64,000 nucleotides of DNA from Bdellovibrionota bacterium. GTDB taxonomy: Bacteria > Bdellovibrionota > UBA1018 > CAIPTA01 > JAALKR01. Where the stretch lies: NCBI GenBank assembly GCA_965207455.1, contig CBDBMJ010000001.1:288001-352000 (forward strand), read 5' to 3'. A model generated the notes under the pieces. That model worked only from the letters and a program-made list of their open reading frames with translations. It was not told the origin of the DNA and made no database searches. How positions within the stretch are numbered: the first letter of the stretch is position 1; every line of letters begins with the position of its first letter. Of the stretch, positions 37,336-47,494 are shown in pieces. The position numbers and the translations under genes were made by a program.

Positions 37336-39906
37336 ATGAAGGTCTGCGTTACAGGGAAAGAGAGTTCCTCTGAGGCGATATACCATCGTTTAGCAGGGGT
37401 ACTAGACTCCTGTGATCAATCCCTTTGTGAAATACGTTTGGACTACTGTGATTTTTCTCCACAGGAGGCTTTAGATTTTTTACAAGCCCTTCCTGAAAAG
37501 TGGTGTTCACGTCTTATAATTACTCAGCGACGGAAGTATGCGGGATCTGCTTCTGGGTGCACCTGGGACCACAAAACTTGGCAAGAGTGGTGGCAAGCCG
37601 CTCTTGTTTTGCAAAACTGGTATGTTGGAGATTTGGATTGGCAAAAGGGTAGGGACTGGGGTTTTCTTCCCCCTGATGCTAACGTATTATTTTCCTACCA
37701 TGGTTCCATTGAGGCCTTGGATCGGGATCGTTCGACGCTTGTTCAAGAAGCAAAAAAATTTAATGCTGGTATTAAAATAGCGGCTCCTGTTCATAGTGCA
37801 GAGGATTTAGCTCGTCTTGCTAAAATAAGAGCTAAGATTCCTTCCTCGTTCCATCGTCCTGTGGTTGCAGTGGCCATGGGTATTGTTGGAAGGGCTTGGC
37901 GTTGGTCTCAGTCCTTAGCTGGCGACTGGTCTTATTTTTCTTTTACCCACGAGCTTCAGACAGATGCTGGGCAATCTTCTTGGCAAGAGCTTCGTCCCTT
38001 TCTTTCAAAAATAAAAACGAAGCCATCATGGCCTAAGCTCTATATCCTATGGTGCATGGACTGCAAAAATAAAAAAGGGGAAGAGTATTGGAATTCTTTT
38101 TTTCTATCCCATGGTCTTCATAGTCGTTATATTTCTATTCCTTGTGACGGGTCTAAGGCCACAGAGCACTGGAAAACGGCAGCGCTATTTTGGATGGAAA
38201 AGGCAGGTGTGCATGGAGCGAGTGTCACTCGTCCTTTTAAGGAATTGATGGCCCAGGGGTCTGGCTTGCCTGCTGTGAACACGGTCACTTGGAGTTCCGA
38301 CCGAAAATGGAATTTTGCAGACACGGATGGACGTGCCGTGCTCGATCTTTTTCCAGACTCTCCCCGGGTTGGAATCATTGGTGGTGGAGGGGCAGGTAAG
38401 GCTGTTGCCCATGCTTGTGCTATGGAGAAAATTCCATATTTTATATGGCGTCGAGATGGGGGTGGTTTTTTAAAAAAACTTGAGTCTTCTCAGCAGTGGA
38501 ATATATTTGTTTCCACTTGGCCGGGAGAAGAGCAACATATATTAGTTTCGCAGTTGGAGGCTAGGTTAAGCTCTCGAGAGAGAAACAACATTCAGTGTAT
38601 TGTGGACGCTCAATTTTATTTGTCGGAAAGTCCTCTTGCGCACTTTTGTAAAAAAAATAATATTACCTATCTATGGGGAGACAAGTGGTGGATGGGGCAA
38701 GCCCGGGGACAAGCACTCCACTGGTTTCCCCGTCGACACGTATTGACTGAACTTAAGGAATATATTCCCCGTTCGAAAAGTGAAACCATTCGTGCCCTTG
38801 CCATTGCCTCCCTTTTTCCAGGGAAATGGACTATCCAGGAGCCCTCAGTATGTGACGATGTTATTTATTTTCGTGAAGCCATGGAAGCTCTTGGTGTGCG
38901 CATAACGGAGTGCCACGGGCTTCAAGTACAATCTTCCGGTAATTTAGTGGCTCCCAAGACACCTATTTTTGTGGGAGAGTCGGCCACTGCTCTACGGTTT
39001 TTAATGGTTCTTGCTTGTGTGATGAAAGGGGAGAAGCTTATCGTCGATGCTGGACCGTCTTTGCGAACCCGTCCCTTAGGAGATTGGTCTTCGTCGAAGG
39101 TATGGCCGTTGGAGATTCCTGTTGGGGGTTTCCTCGAGGAGATTTCTGTGGCGCAAACCAGTCAATTTGCCTCTGCCGGTCTTATCGCTGCTGCGGGAAA
39201 GATGTATTCCTCTGGGGAAAGTCAATCCATTTGTGTAAAAGATAGCTGGCATTCCTTTCCCTATTTCTCATTGACGAGAAAAATGCTTAACGACATGGGA
39301 GTGGCAGTGGTGGGAGACAATCCATTTACCATTCCTGTTCAAAAAAATATTTCTCCAAAAAATATACCCATTTCCTTGGATGCCTCGGCCCTTTCTTATT
39401 ATGAAATTTTCTATCGCTATTACCACAAGAAATCTCTTTATACGGAATATGCAGTGAGTTCTCAGGGCGATGGGAAATTTCCTGTTTTTTTAGATGATTT
39501 AATCCAGTGTGAAAAGGAATGTCGCATTTCCTTAACTGATCATCCGGACTTAGCTCCCAGTCTATGGGCAGCCGCTATCTTATTCCAGAAAAAATTGACG
39601 GTTCACTCCACCCCACAGCTTTGCCATAAAGAGTGTGATCGTAGTGATGCTCTTGTGGTGGCAGCTAAAAAACTATCTCTTCCATCAGAAGTTATTGACG
39701 GTGGTTTTTATGTGGATGGTGGTGGAGGAAATAAAGCTCAAGCAATTACTTTGGACACCCGAGGAGATCATAGGTTAGCCATGGCCTTTGCGCTGGTACA
39801 AACCAAGTGGCTGAAGACTCGGATCAATAACCATCAATGTGTGGAAAAATCTTTTCCCCGTTTTTGGGAAGGGCTTTCTTTTATGAAGAAAACAATCGAA
39901 TGCTAA
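37336..39906 (+). CDS. Trifunctional fusion: type I dehydroquinase + shikimate dehydrogenase + EPSP synthase
   Basis: aa ~1-225: EIRLD, IITQR, SYH, KIA, AMG..G, AGQ (AroD). aa ~234-465: SVTRPFK, AVNT, DTDG, GGGGAG (AroE). aa ~470-856: SKS..IR, RP, SQF.S, PDL.P, HKECDR, DHRLAMA, VEKSFP.FW (AroA). Confidence 0.85.
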   Translation: MKVCVTGKESSSEAIYHRLAGVLDSCDQSLCEIRLDYCDFSPQEALDFLQALPEKWCSRLIITQRRKYAGSASGCTWDHKTWQEWWQAALVLQNWYVGDLDWQKGRDWGFLPPDANVLFSYHGSIEALDRDRSTLVQEAKKFNAGIKIAAPVHSAEDLARLAKIRAKIPSSFHRPVVAVAMGIVGRAWRWSQSLAGDWSYFSFTHELQTDAGQSSWQELRPFLSKIKTKPSWPKLYILWCMDCKNKKGEEYWNSFFLSHGLHSRYISIPCDGSKATEHWKTAALFWMEKAGVHGASVTRPFKELMAQGSGLPAVNTVTWSSDRKWNFADTDGRAVLDLFPDSPRVGIIGGGGAGKAVAHACAMEKIPYFIWRRDGGGFLKKLESSQQWNIFVSTWPGEEQHILVSQLEARLSSRERNNIQCIVDAQFYLSESPLAHFCKKNNITYLWGDKWWMGQARGQALHWFPRRHVLTELKEYIPRSKSETIRALAIASLFPGKWTIQEPSVCDDVIYFREAMEALGVRITECHGLQVQSSGNLVAPKTPIFVGESATALRFLMVLACVMKGEKLIVDAGPSLRTRPLGDWSSSKVWPLEIPVGGFLEEISVAQTSQFASAGLIAAAGKMYSSGESQSICVKDSWHSFPYFSLTRKMLNDMGVAVVGDNPFTIPVQKNISPKNIPISLDASALSYYEIFYRYYHKKSLYTEYAVSSQGDGKFPVFLDDLIQCEKECRISLTDHPDLAPSLWAAAILFQKKLTVHSTPQLCHKECDRSDALVVAAKKLSLPSEVIDGGFYVDGGGGNKAQAITLDTRGDHRLAMAFALVQTKWLKTRINNHQCVEKSFPRFWEGLSFMKKTIEC

Positions 39907-40412
39907 ACCTCTCCATTGTTTTAATAGGATTTCGATGTGTGGGTAAGACCACTGTAGGAATAGAATTGGCAAAAAAATTGAACCGGAATTTCATAGACAG
40001 CGACGCTTTGCTGGAGAAAAAATTAGGAATGCCGTTATGGAGATTTGCTCGAGAAAAAGGGCTTTCTGAGTTTCGACACCAAGAGGGAGCTTTAATACAA
40101 ACACTCATGAAAAGAACCTCAAATAAAAATCATGTAATAGCACTGGGTGGCGGTTTTGTGGACTGGGCTCCTTCTTTTGATACTGTCTTTCAGTCGAAAA
40201 ATTTTAGAATCCATATAGAAATGAATCCCAATGATTTATGGAAGCGAATACAGGAAGAAGACAAACATTGGGTGAGTCCCCTTCCCACTAAGGAAATATT
40301 TACCATGCTGTTTATGGAACGTCGGAGAAAATTCCAAGCGCTATCCCACAATGATATTTTATGCTTAGGAAAAAAACCCGTAGATATAGATAGTCTTCTT
40401 ATAGATGATTGA
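39900..40412 (+). CDS. aroK: Shikimate kinase
   Basis: IVLIGFRCVGKTT P-loop, FIDSD, FRHQE and VIALGGG. Start ATG 39900 overlaps the end of the fusion gene. Confidence 0.9.
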   Translation: MLNLSIVLIGFRCVGKTTVGIELAKKLNRNFIDSDALLEKKLGMPLWRFAREKGLSEFRHQEGALIQTLMKRTSNKNHVIALGGGFVDWAPSFDTVFQSKNFRIHIEMNPNDLWKRIQEEDKHWVSPLPTKEIFTMLFMERRRKFQALSHNDILCLGKKPVDIDSLLIDD

Positions 40413-41120
40413 TTAGGATTCTTTCCCACTGGGCTTTTTCCCAATGAAAATCCAAGATACACCCAAGTTAAGAGCAAAGGGAGTAAAAGCAATAAAACCC
40501 TCTTGGAAGAGCATCTCTCGCACTGCTTTGGGTTCAGGGAACTCCTGTATGGATTTTGCTAAATATTTATAGGATGTTTTAGAGGACAGGAGTCCAGCAA
40601 GCGTAGGCATTGTTTTATTTAATAGGGCGCTATAGATGGTGCGAGATATCCCCGGGTGGGGAAGACCCAACTCTAAAATAGCAAGCACACCTCCTGGTTT
40701 TAACACTCGAAAGGTTTCTTGGAGAGCTTTTTCCCGTTTCTCCACATTCCGAAAGCCAAAGGCAATGGTGATGAGGTCCATGGATTGGCTGTCCTGCTCA
40801 ATGTCCTCTGCCCGTCCTTCTATCCAGTCAATGCTAGCAGCAAACTTTTTTTTCTGTGCTTCCACTAGCATGGCTTGGTTGGGATCTGATGCCATTATCT
40901 TTGCTTGCGGCCACCACTGATGGGCTAGGCGAGCGATATTGCCCGTTCCACAGGCAAGGTCTAGGACAGTAGTGGGCTTTTTACCTAGAGCCGATTCTGC
41001 GTTCTTGAGGAGGGTACGGCGCCACTTCAGATCCTGTCCCATGGTCATCATGGTATTTAAAAGTTCATACCTGGGGGCTACTTTTGTGAAAAGGTCGATG
41101 GGATTATTTTCCGTGTCCAT
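40413..41120 (-). CDS. ubiE: UbiE/MenG-family quinone C-methyltransferase
   Basis: F..VAPRYELLN..M, WRR, VLDLACGTG, IAFGFRNV, RVLKPGG...ILE and YKYLAKSI..FP. Confidence 0.88.
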   Translation of the reverse strand: MDTENNPIDLFTKVAPRYELLNTMMTMGQDLKWRRTLLKNAESALGKKPTTVLDLACGTGNIARLAHQWWPQAKIMASDPNQAMLVEAQKKKFAASIDWIEGRAEDIEQDSQSMDLITIAFGFRNVEKREKALQETFRVLKPGGVLAILELGLPHPGISRTIYSALLNKTMPTLAGLLSSKTSYKYLAKSIQEFPEPKAVREMLFQEGFIAFTPFALNLGVSWIFIGKKPSGKES

Positions 41121-41189
41121 ATAAGTATAGAAATACCAAGGCTAGCAGAGGAAAGGAAGCAAAAGATGCCTTTTAGGAGAATTTCCACA

Positions 41190-41660
41190 CTACATGATGT
41201 TGCCAAGCACCTGAACTCGCAGTTTACAGGGCGTTAAAAAGCAATAATCTTGCCAAGGTTGGGCAAGCTTGATGGTTGGAATCTTTATTTTACCGTTGGG
41301 GAAAAAACTTAATCCCACAGATTTACAGCCACGGGTAAAGTCTTGGTAATGGACGAGGTATCCATTGATCCAAATGGCTATCAGGTACACGTTATAGGGG
41401 AGTCCCACGATGTTGGGACCAGTGGGGTAGGCAAGCTCCAAGTTCATTTCTCCCTCTATGGCAGAAACACTCAACTGGGCTTCGGTGGAGAAGGATTCAA
41501 AAAAGTTTTTTGCTTTTAGGTTCATTGTAGCGGAGAGCTCACCTGTTTCGGGTAGTAGTTTTTCATGTCGAGACTGGGGCACCTGTTTTAGGCACTCCAT
41601 GGCTGCATGGGTGTAGGTAGGGAGAAGCAGGAAAAATACGAAGAAAAATAATAATCTCAT
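41190..41660 (-). CDS. Secreted hypothetical protein
   Basis: Signal peptide MRLLFFFVFFLLLPTYTHA, 156 aa, 4 Cys. Confidence 0.65.
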   Translation of the reverse strand: MRLLFFFVFFLLLPTYTHAAMECLKQVPQSRHEKLLPETGELSATMNLKAKNFFESFSTEAQLSVSAIEGEMNLELAYPTGPNIVGLPYNVYLIAIWINGYLVHYQDFTRGCKSVGLSFFPNGKIKIPTIKLAQPWQDYCFLTPCKLRVQVLGNIM

Positions 41661-41890
41661 GGTTATAAAAGGGTTCGGCGGCTGGGGGGCTTTTCTTTAG
41701 TATTATTTTGACGCTCAGCCCATTTTTTTAGGAAAATTCAATAAAAACAACAAGATTGAGGTTTTTTTCCTTATATGCGACTGCGTGATTCACTCAAAAA
41801 AATCAACAAAGAGCATTAATCTCTGGACTTTCTCACGTTTTAATGCTATGCTTCATTTTCGGTGGTAGAAATACAGAGTGGAGTGTAATA

Positions 41891-44569
41891 ATGAAAAAAA
41901 TAAGGAAAATATCCATTTTTTTGGTCCTACCCTGTTTCCTTTTTTCCTTTCTTGGTCAGGCAGAGGAGACAGGACAGGTAGTACTTGCTAGGGAACTTTT
42001 GACGGATAAAACCAAGCAAGTAAAAATTCTTCTGAAGACGCAGCTTATTTCTGAGAATATTGTTGCTTTAGGGAATGCAAGAAAATCTTTTGTTGTAACC
42101 TTTCGTGAGTTTGGGAATAAATTACGCATGGAAAATGCTGCAGGTGATTTTATCGATAAAGATTTAAAACCTAATTTCATCATCACAGAGTTTCCCATAG
42201 TAAAGAGAAACTCGGACTCTATTGTGATTGACTGGAATGAAGGTATGCAGAAGTATCCTAATCAGCGTTCTTGGTATACTTCTGATTTTCAAGAGTTTTC
42301 AGAAGGGGCTTGGATAGTTGCAAAACAGTCTAGGCTTTTGAAATCAAGAGTGGATGGTAACAAAATTACTGTTGCACAGTCGCTTGTTAGCGAATCTGTT
42401 TTTGATGGACAAGAGAGCAGAGTAAAAGTGAAATATACTTTGGAACCTTATGTGAAAAGTGCAAGCTTTATTCCCTATAAGGAAGAGCCCGATAAAAGGT
42501 TTTTAAATTTTGCCTATTTTGAAGCGAACCCTATCCTAAAGAAACAAAAGGGAGAAGAGGTTATTTACTCTGCTAAATGGGATAACAGTAAGCCCATTGT
42601 TTTTCATATGAGCCATAATACTCCGGAGTATTTAAAGGATGCAATAAAAAGGGGTGCTCTTTATTGGAATCGTACTGGTTATTTGGATATTAAGGTTAGG
42701 GAAGCAGCGGAAGGCATCTCGGCTCCCAGTGATGCCTTTAATATGATCCAATGGGTAAATGTTGATAATTTAGGATTTGCTTATGCAGATCTAAATCCTG
42801 ATCCTTTAACAGGGGAAATTCTTCAAGCTAATATTTATTTTTCCAGTACTTATGTTGCCTATAATAAGGACAGGGCTCTATTATTATTGAGGAGATGGGA
42901 GGATAAAAAATACTCCGCAATGCACTTGTTTGAGAAGCATTTTTTGTGTTCAAAATCAGAGGAACAGTTTAGCTCTTACGTTGAAGCATTAAGGGCTGCA
43001 CTCTTTACTTCGACTAAAAGTACAGATGAGCTTGTTAAAAAAATCTCTCAAGATTATGTAAGTGTTGTTATGGCTCATGAAGTTGGTCATATATTAGGGC
43101 TTCGTCATAATTTTGCTGGTTCTCTTTCCTCTAATTCTTCCCAATTTGATGCAAAAGCTTTTCTTAAAAATTATTTGAAAGGAACTTCTGCTCCTATTGG
43201 TTATTATCCTTCAAATACTGTAATGGAGTATAGCACATTTACAGATAGATTAATGTATGGATTTCAGATGCGAGTTACTCCCTCTTTTATTGGAGAGTAT
43301 GATCGTTTAGCTATCCAAAATTTATATTCACAGAATAGAGTTGAGGGGACTGAGGAAAAACCTCTTCCTGTTTTTTGTACAGATTCTCATTTGTCTACAT
43401 ATGTTGATTGTAATACTCGTGACGATAATCCTTTGCTTGTTCACAATTACTTTAATGATTTCCGTGATCTAGTTGCCCGAAAGAGACCAGAAAAGCTTAT
43501 AAATAGATTTTTACTCAATAAATATTCCACTGATTTGGACGACGAAGATAAAGTGCCCTTTGAGCGTACTAAACTACCTCCGATGGATTTTTCTCGAGAG
43601 GCTGAATTAATGCATTCTCTTTTAACTCTTTTTCATAAAGAATCCAGATATATCAGCATTGAATCTAAGTTTCCTAGGGAAAACAATGAGTATTATAAAG
43701 ACAAGATTCAAGAAGAAAAATATAAATTATTAAATGAGCAGCTTCAGAGTCTCGATGATAGTTTTCCAAATATCTTTTCATTTTTGATGGAACTGACCTT
43801 TCCTGGATTATTTCCTGATTCTGGAAGTGTCACTTTATTTCTAGCTGAAATGCACCAAGTAAAAGATATGCTTGATGATCAGTACAAAAACGACTTCACT
43901 AAAGGAGAAAGGAAAATTATACTAGACAGGGCTCGTAGTTATTTTAAATCCTATAACAAGGAAATGCCACTAAAAATCTTGTCTTTATTGAATGAGAAAA
44001 TTTCAGAATTAGATTTTAGTGAAGCTAGTGATGATAACCATGGATTTGTTTGGCTAAAGAAACTAGAGGACTCTCTAAAGGATGTTCTTTTTCAAATAGT
44101 GACAAAAAAATCCGCACGCATGCTTTTTCATGCAGTATCAGTAAAGGCACCCGAGGTTATCCCACCTGTTGAAACAGTAACAAAAGAAGATACAAAAGAA
44201 GTAACAAAAGCAGCAATAAAAAGTTTCAATCCTAGGTTTTCTTTTGGAAGAACAAAAAAACCCAAGGTTACCCCTCCTCTTATTGAGAACAAGGTTGTTC
44301 TGATAAAGGCGTATGCTTATGACATTGAACTTCGAAGTCTGGCAGCCGAACTATTACTCAAATGGCCAAAAAGCAAGCTTGGCGATGCTTGGAATAGGGA
44401 AAGTAGAGAAAAGGCAAGAAAAGAACTTATTAAGGATTATAAAAAATGGAAGGAGGACTATGGTAAAGACTTCTTTAGCCGAAATCACGAGGACTGGTTA
44501 CTTCTTGCTTGGATTCGGGAGCAAAAAGAGATGATAAAGATTTTTTCTATCAGCGATAAAGAGTTGTAA
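41891..44569 (+). CDS. Secreted zinc metalloprotease (metzincin, EcxA/DUF4953-like), copy 1
   Basis: Signal peptide, KPIVF, DPLTGEIL.A, HEVGHILGLRHNF, Met-turn TVMEY and GEYDRLAI. Confidence 0.87.
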   Translation: MKKIRKISIFLVLPCFLFSFLGQAEETGQVVLARELLTDKTKQVKILLKTQLISENIVALGNARKSFVVTFREFGNKLRMENAAGDFIDKDLKPNFIITEFPIVKRNSDSIVIDWNEGMQKYPNQRSWYTSDFQEFSEGAWIVAKQSRLLKSRVDGNKITVAQSLVSESVFDGQESRVKVKYTLEPYVKSASFIPYKEEPDKRFLNFAYFEANPILKKQKGEEVIYSAKWDNSKPIVFHMSHNTPEYLKDAIKRGALYWNRTGYLDIKVREAAEGISAPSDAFNMIQWVNVDNLGFAYADLNPDPLTGEILQANIYFSSTYVAYNKDRALLLLRRWEDKKYSAMHLFEKHFLCSKSEEQFSSYVEALRAALFTSTKSTDELVKKISQDYVSVVMAHEVGHILGLRHNFAGSLSSNSSQFDAKAFLKNYLKGTSAPIGYYPSNTVMEYSTFTDRLMYGFQMRVTPSFIGEYDRLAIQNLYSQNRVEGTEEKPLPVFCTDSHLSTYVDCNTRDDNPLLVHNYFNDFRDLVARKRPEKLINRFLLNKYSTDLDDEDKVPFERTKLPPMDFSREAELMHSLLTLFHKESRYISIESKFPRENNEYYKDKIQEEKYKLLNEQLQSLDDSFPNIFSFLMELTFPGLFPDSGSVTLFLAEMHQVKDMLDDQYKNDFTKGERKIILDRARSYFKSYNKEMPLKILSLLNEKISELDFSEASDDNHGFVWLKKLEDSLKDVLFQIVTKKSARMLFHAVSVKAPEVIPPVETVTKEDTKEVTKAAIKSFNPRFSFGRTKKPKVTPPLIENKVVLIKAYAYDIELRSLAAELLLKWPKSKLGDAWNRESREKARKELIKDYKKWKEDYGKDFFSRNHEDWLLLAWIREQKEMIKIFSISDKEL

Positions 44570-44775
44570 TGACTGTAGGGGCAAAGAGCTTTAGCGCGAG
44601 CATTTCAGCGTTCCTAAGCAGTTTAACGCGCAGCTCGTCTGCGGGAACGGGGTGACTCGCCTCCTTATTATAATATGTAAGCACTTGTTTTCCTCATAAT
44701 TTGGTGCTAGGTAATATTGATTACTAAAAAATATAGGGGGCACCATGAAAATAAAAATACTATTCCTTTTACCAT
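44564..44775 (+). repeat. Duplicated intergenic element, copy 1
   Basis: Matches 47282-47494 with 3 substitutions and 1 indel by eye. Confidence 0.95.
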
Positions 44776-47278
44776 TTTTCTTTTTTCCTTCCTTGGGTCA
44801 TGCTCAGGATAAAGAGAAGATTTTTTCAGGAAGAATATTAATTCATAAAAAGTTTGTGGAGAACCAAACAAAACTTCTTCTTAAGACTCAGCTTATTTCT
44901 CAGAGTGTTGTTGTGTTGGGGAGTGCGAGAAAATCTTTTATTGTAACATTCAATGGTTGTGAGGAAGACAAATTATGTATGAACGCCTCCACAGTCAATT
45001 TCATTGACAATAATTCGCAACCCCATGCCATGATTGTTGATTTTACCGTAATAGAAAGCAGAGGGGATTTTATTGAGATCGACTGGAACGAAGGTATGAA
45101 TAGATTTCCTGTTCAGACTGGTTGGTTTATCTCTGGCAATCAAGTTTTTTCACCGTATGATTGGTCAAAGGAGGTTTCTGAATCCAAGCCTTTAGAATTA
45201 AGAACCAATGGTGATAAAATTACTATTACCCAGTTATTTACCTTTTCTTTTGATGTATTTACCCTTAGTAATAAGTCTCGTTTTTCTTCTGATGAACAAG
45301 AGAGTAGGTTAAAGGTAAAATATACCCTAGAGCCTTATATAAAGAATAAAAACTTTATTCCCTACAGAGAAGTGCCTTATAAAAAGGATAAAAGTCCGCC
45401 CAATTTAAATTTTGGCTATATTGAAAGTTATCCTATTTTAGAGAAAAATACGGGTAATCAGATCATTCATATTGGTAAATGGGATAACAGTAAGCCCATA
45501 GTTTTTCATATCAGCCATAATACTCCAGAGTATTTAAAGGAAGCAGTAAAAGAGGGTCTTCTTTATTGGAGTCGAGCCACTAAGGATTTCAAGGTGGAGG
45601 CTGTGGAGGAAAAGAGTGGCATAACGGCTCCCAGCGATGGTTATAATATGGTCCAATGGTTGAGTGGAGATAGTTTAGAACTTGCTTATGCAGATGCAGC
45701 CATAGAACCTTTAACAGGGGAAATTCTTCAAGCGAATGTTTATCTTTCCAGTGTTTTTGCGGTTGGCAGTAGAAATGAAGCACTCCAACTGTTAAGAAAA
45801 TGGAAGAATATGGAGGTACCCACCGAGCATACATTCAAAGCTTATTCTTTATGTCAAAAAATGAATCAATATATTCCTTCTTTTATAGAGGCATTACGAG
45901 CCGCACTTGTTTCCCCGAATGGAGGAACAGATGAGCTTTTTCAGAAAATCTCCCAAGATCATATAAGTCTTGTTGTGGCTCATGAAGTTGGTCATACACT
46001 AGGTCTTCGTCATAATTTTGCTGGTTCTCTTCATTCCAATGTATCTCGCTCGCAGAGGTTAGAGTTTTTTAAAAGCTATTTGAATGGAGAGCTTGGATCT
46101 GTTGATTATTACCCATTTAGTACTGTAATGGACTATAACAGTTTTACAGAGATATTGATTCATATACATCGGACTCAGGTTGATTCTTCTTTTATGGGGG
46201 AATACGATCGCCTAGCTATTCAGAATTTATATTCAGAAGAAGTTAAACAGACTGAAGGAAATCTCCTCCCTCTTTTTTGTAAAGATTCTGATGTAGCTAA
46301 GTATGTTGATTGTAACCGGGGTGATCATGGCTCTTCGCTGGTTGAGAAATATTTCCATGATTTCTTTGATCTAGTGAAAAGACGTCGATCAGTAAGGTTT
46401 ATCATTTTTTAATTAATAAATATGAAGAGAGTCCTCAAGACAGCATGCCTTTTGAAGGGATTGAAATATTGTTGAACCCCACTCAGGAACCCAATGCCAT
46501 GCTAACTCTTTTAACTTTTTTTGACAAAAAATCTAGGTATATTAGTGTTGAGTCTCAATTTCCTAGAAACTATCTTGCTTTATTAGAAGATGAGGTTCAA
46601 GAGGCGAAATATAGACTATTAAGTGAGCAGTTTCAATTCTTGGACAATAAGTATACAAACCCCTTCTTGGTTTTAATGCAGTTGACTTTCCCAGAGGGTG
46701 AAAGCTTGTTTGAGCAACAGATGGGCAAGGTAAGGGCACTACTTGATGGTCAGCATAAAAATAACTTCACTGAAGAAGAAAAGGAAATTATACTAGAGAA
46801 AGCGTATAGTTATTTTAAAACCTATAGCAAGAAAATGCCATTGGTACTCCTTTCTTCTTTGACTGAGAAATTACCGGGATTAGACTTTAGTCAAGCCAGT
46901 AAGGATAACCATGGATTTGTTTGGTTGAAGAAATTAGAGGAAGCCTTAAAGGATACTCTAGTTCAAGTAGTAACAAAAAAATCCGATGTTACACTTTCTG
47001 TTCAGGACAGTACTGTTGATATAAAGAAATATGCTTATGATATTAAACTTCGAAGTCTGGCAGCCCAACTGCTACTCAAATGGCCAAAAAGCAAACTCGG
47101 TAGTGCTTGGAATGGGGAAGGTAGAAAAAAGGTAAAAGCAGAAATTAGTAAGGATTATGAAAAATGGAAGAAGGGCTATGGTGCAGACTTCTTTAGCCGT
47201 AATCATGGGGACTGGTCACTTCTTGCTTGGATTCAGGAGCAAAAGCAGATAATGGGTATTTTTTCTATTAGACCGTAA
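44745..47278 (+). pseudogene. Zinc metalloprotease copy 2, frameshifted near 46404-46410
   Basis: ORF 44745-46412 (HEVGHTLGLRHNF) and ORF 46445-47278 together align with the intact paralogs. ATCATTTTTTAATT vs paralog ATAAATAATTTTTTAATC shows the lost frame. Confidence 0.85.
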
Positions 47279-47281
47279 GAT

Positions 47282-47494
47282 TTGTAATGGCTGTAGGGGC
47301 CAAAGAGCCTTAGCGCGAGCATTTCAGCGCTCCTAAGCAGTTTAACGCGCAGCTCGTCTGCGGGAACGGGGTGACTCGCCTCCTTATTATAATATGTAAG
47401 CACTTGTTTTCCTCATAATTTGGTGCTAGGTAATATTGATTACTAAAAAATATAGGGGGCACCATGAAAATAAAAATACTATTCCTTTTACCAT
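47282..47494 (+). repeat. Duplicated intergenic element, copy 2
   Basis: Near-identical to 44564-44775. Confidence 0.95.

Noticed and set aside
44620..44665. GTTTAAC followed by GC-rich sequence as an integron attC site
   Set aside because: It fits RYYYAAC, but there is no complementary downstream arm ending in GTTRRRY and no integrase in the window.
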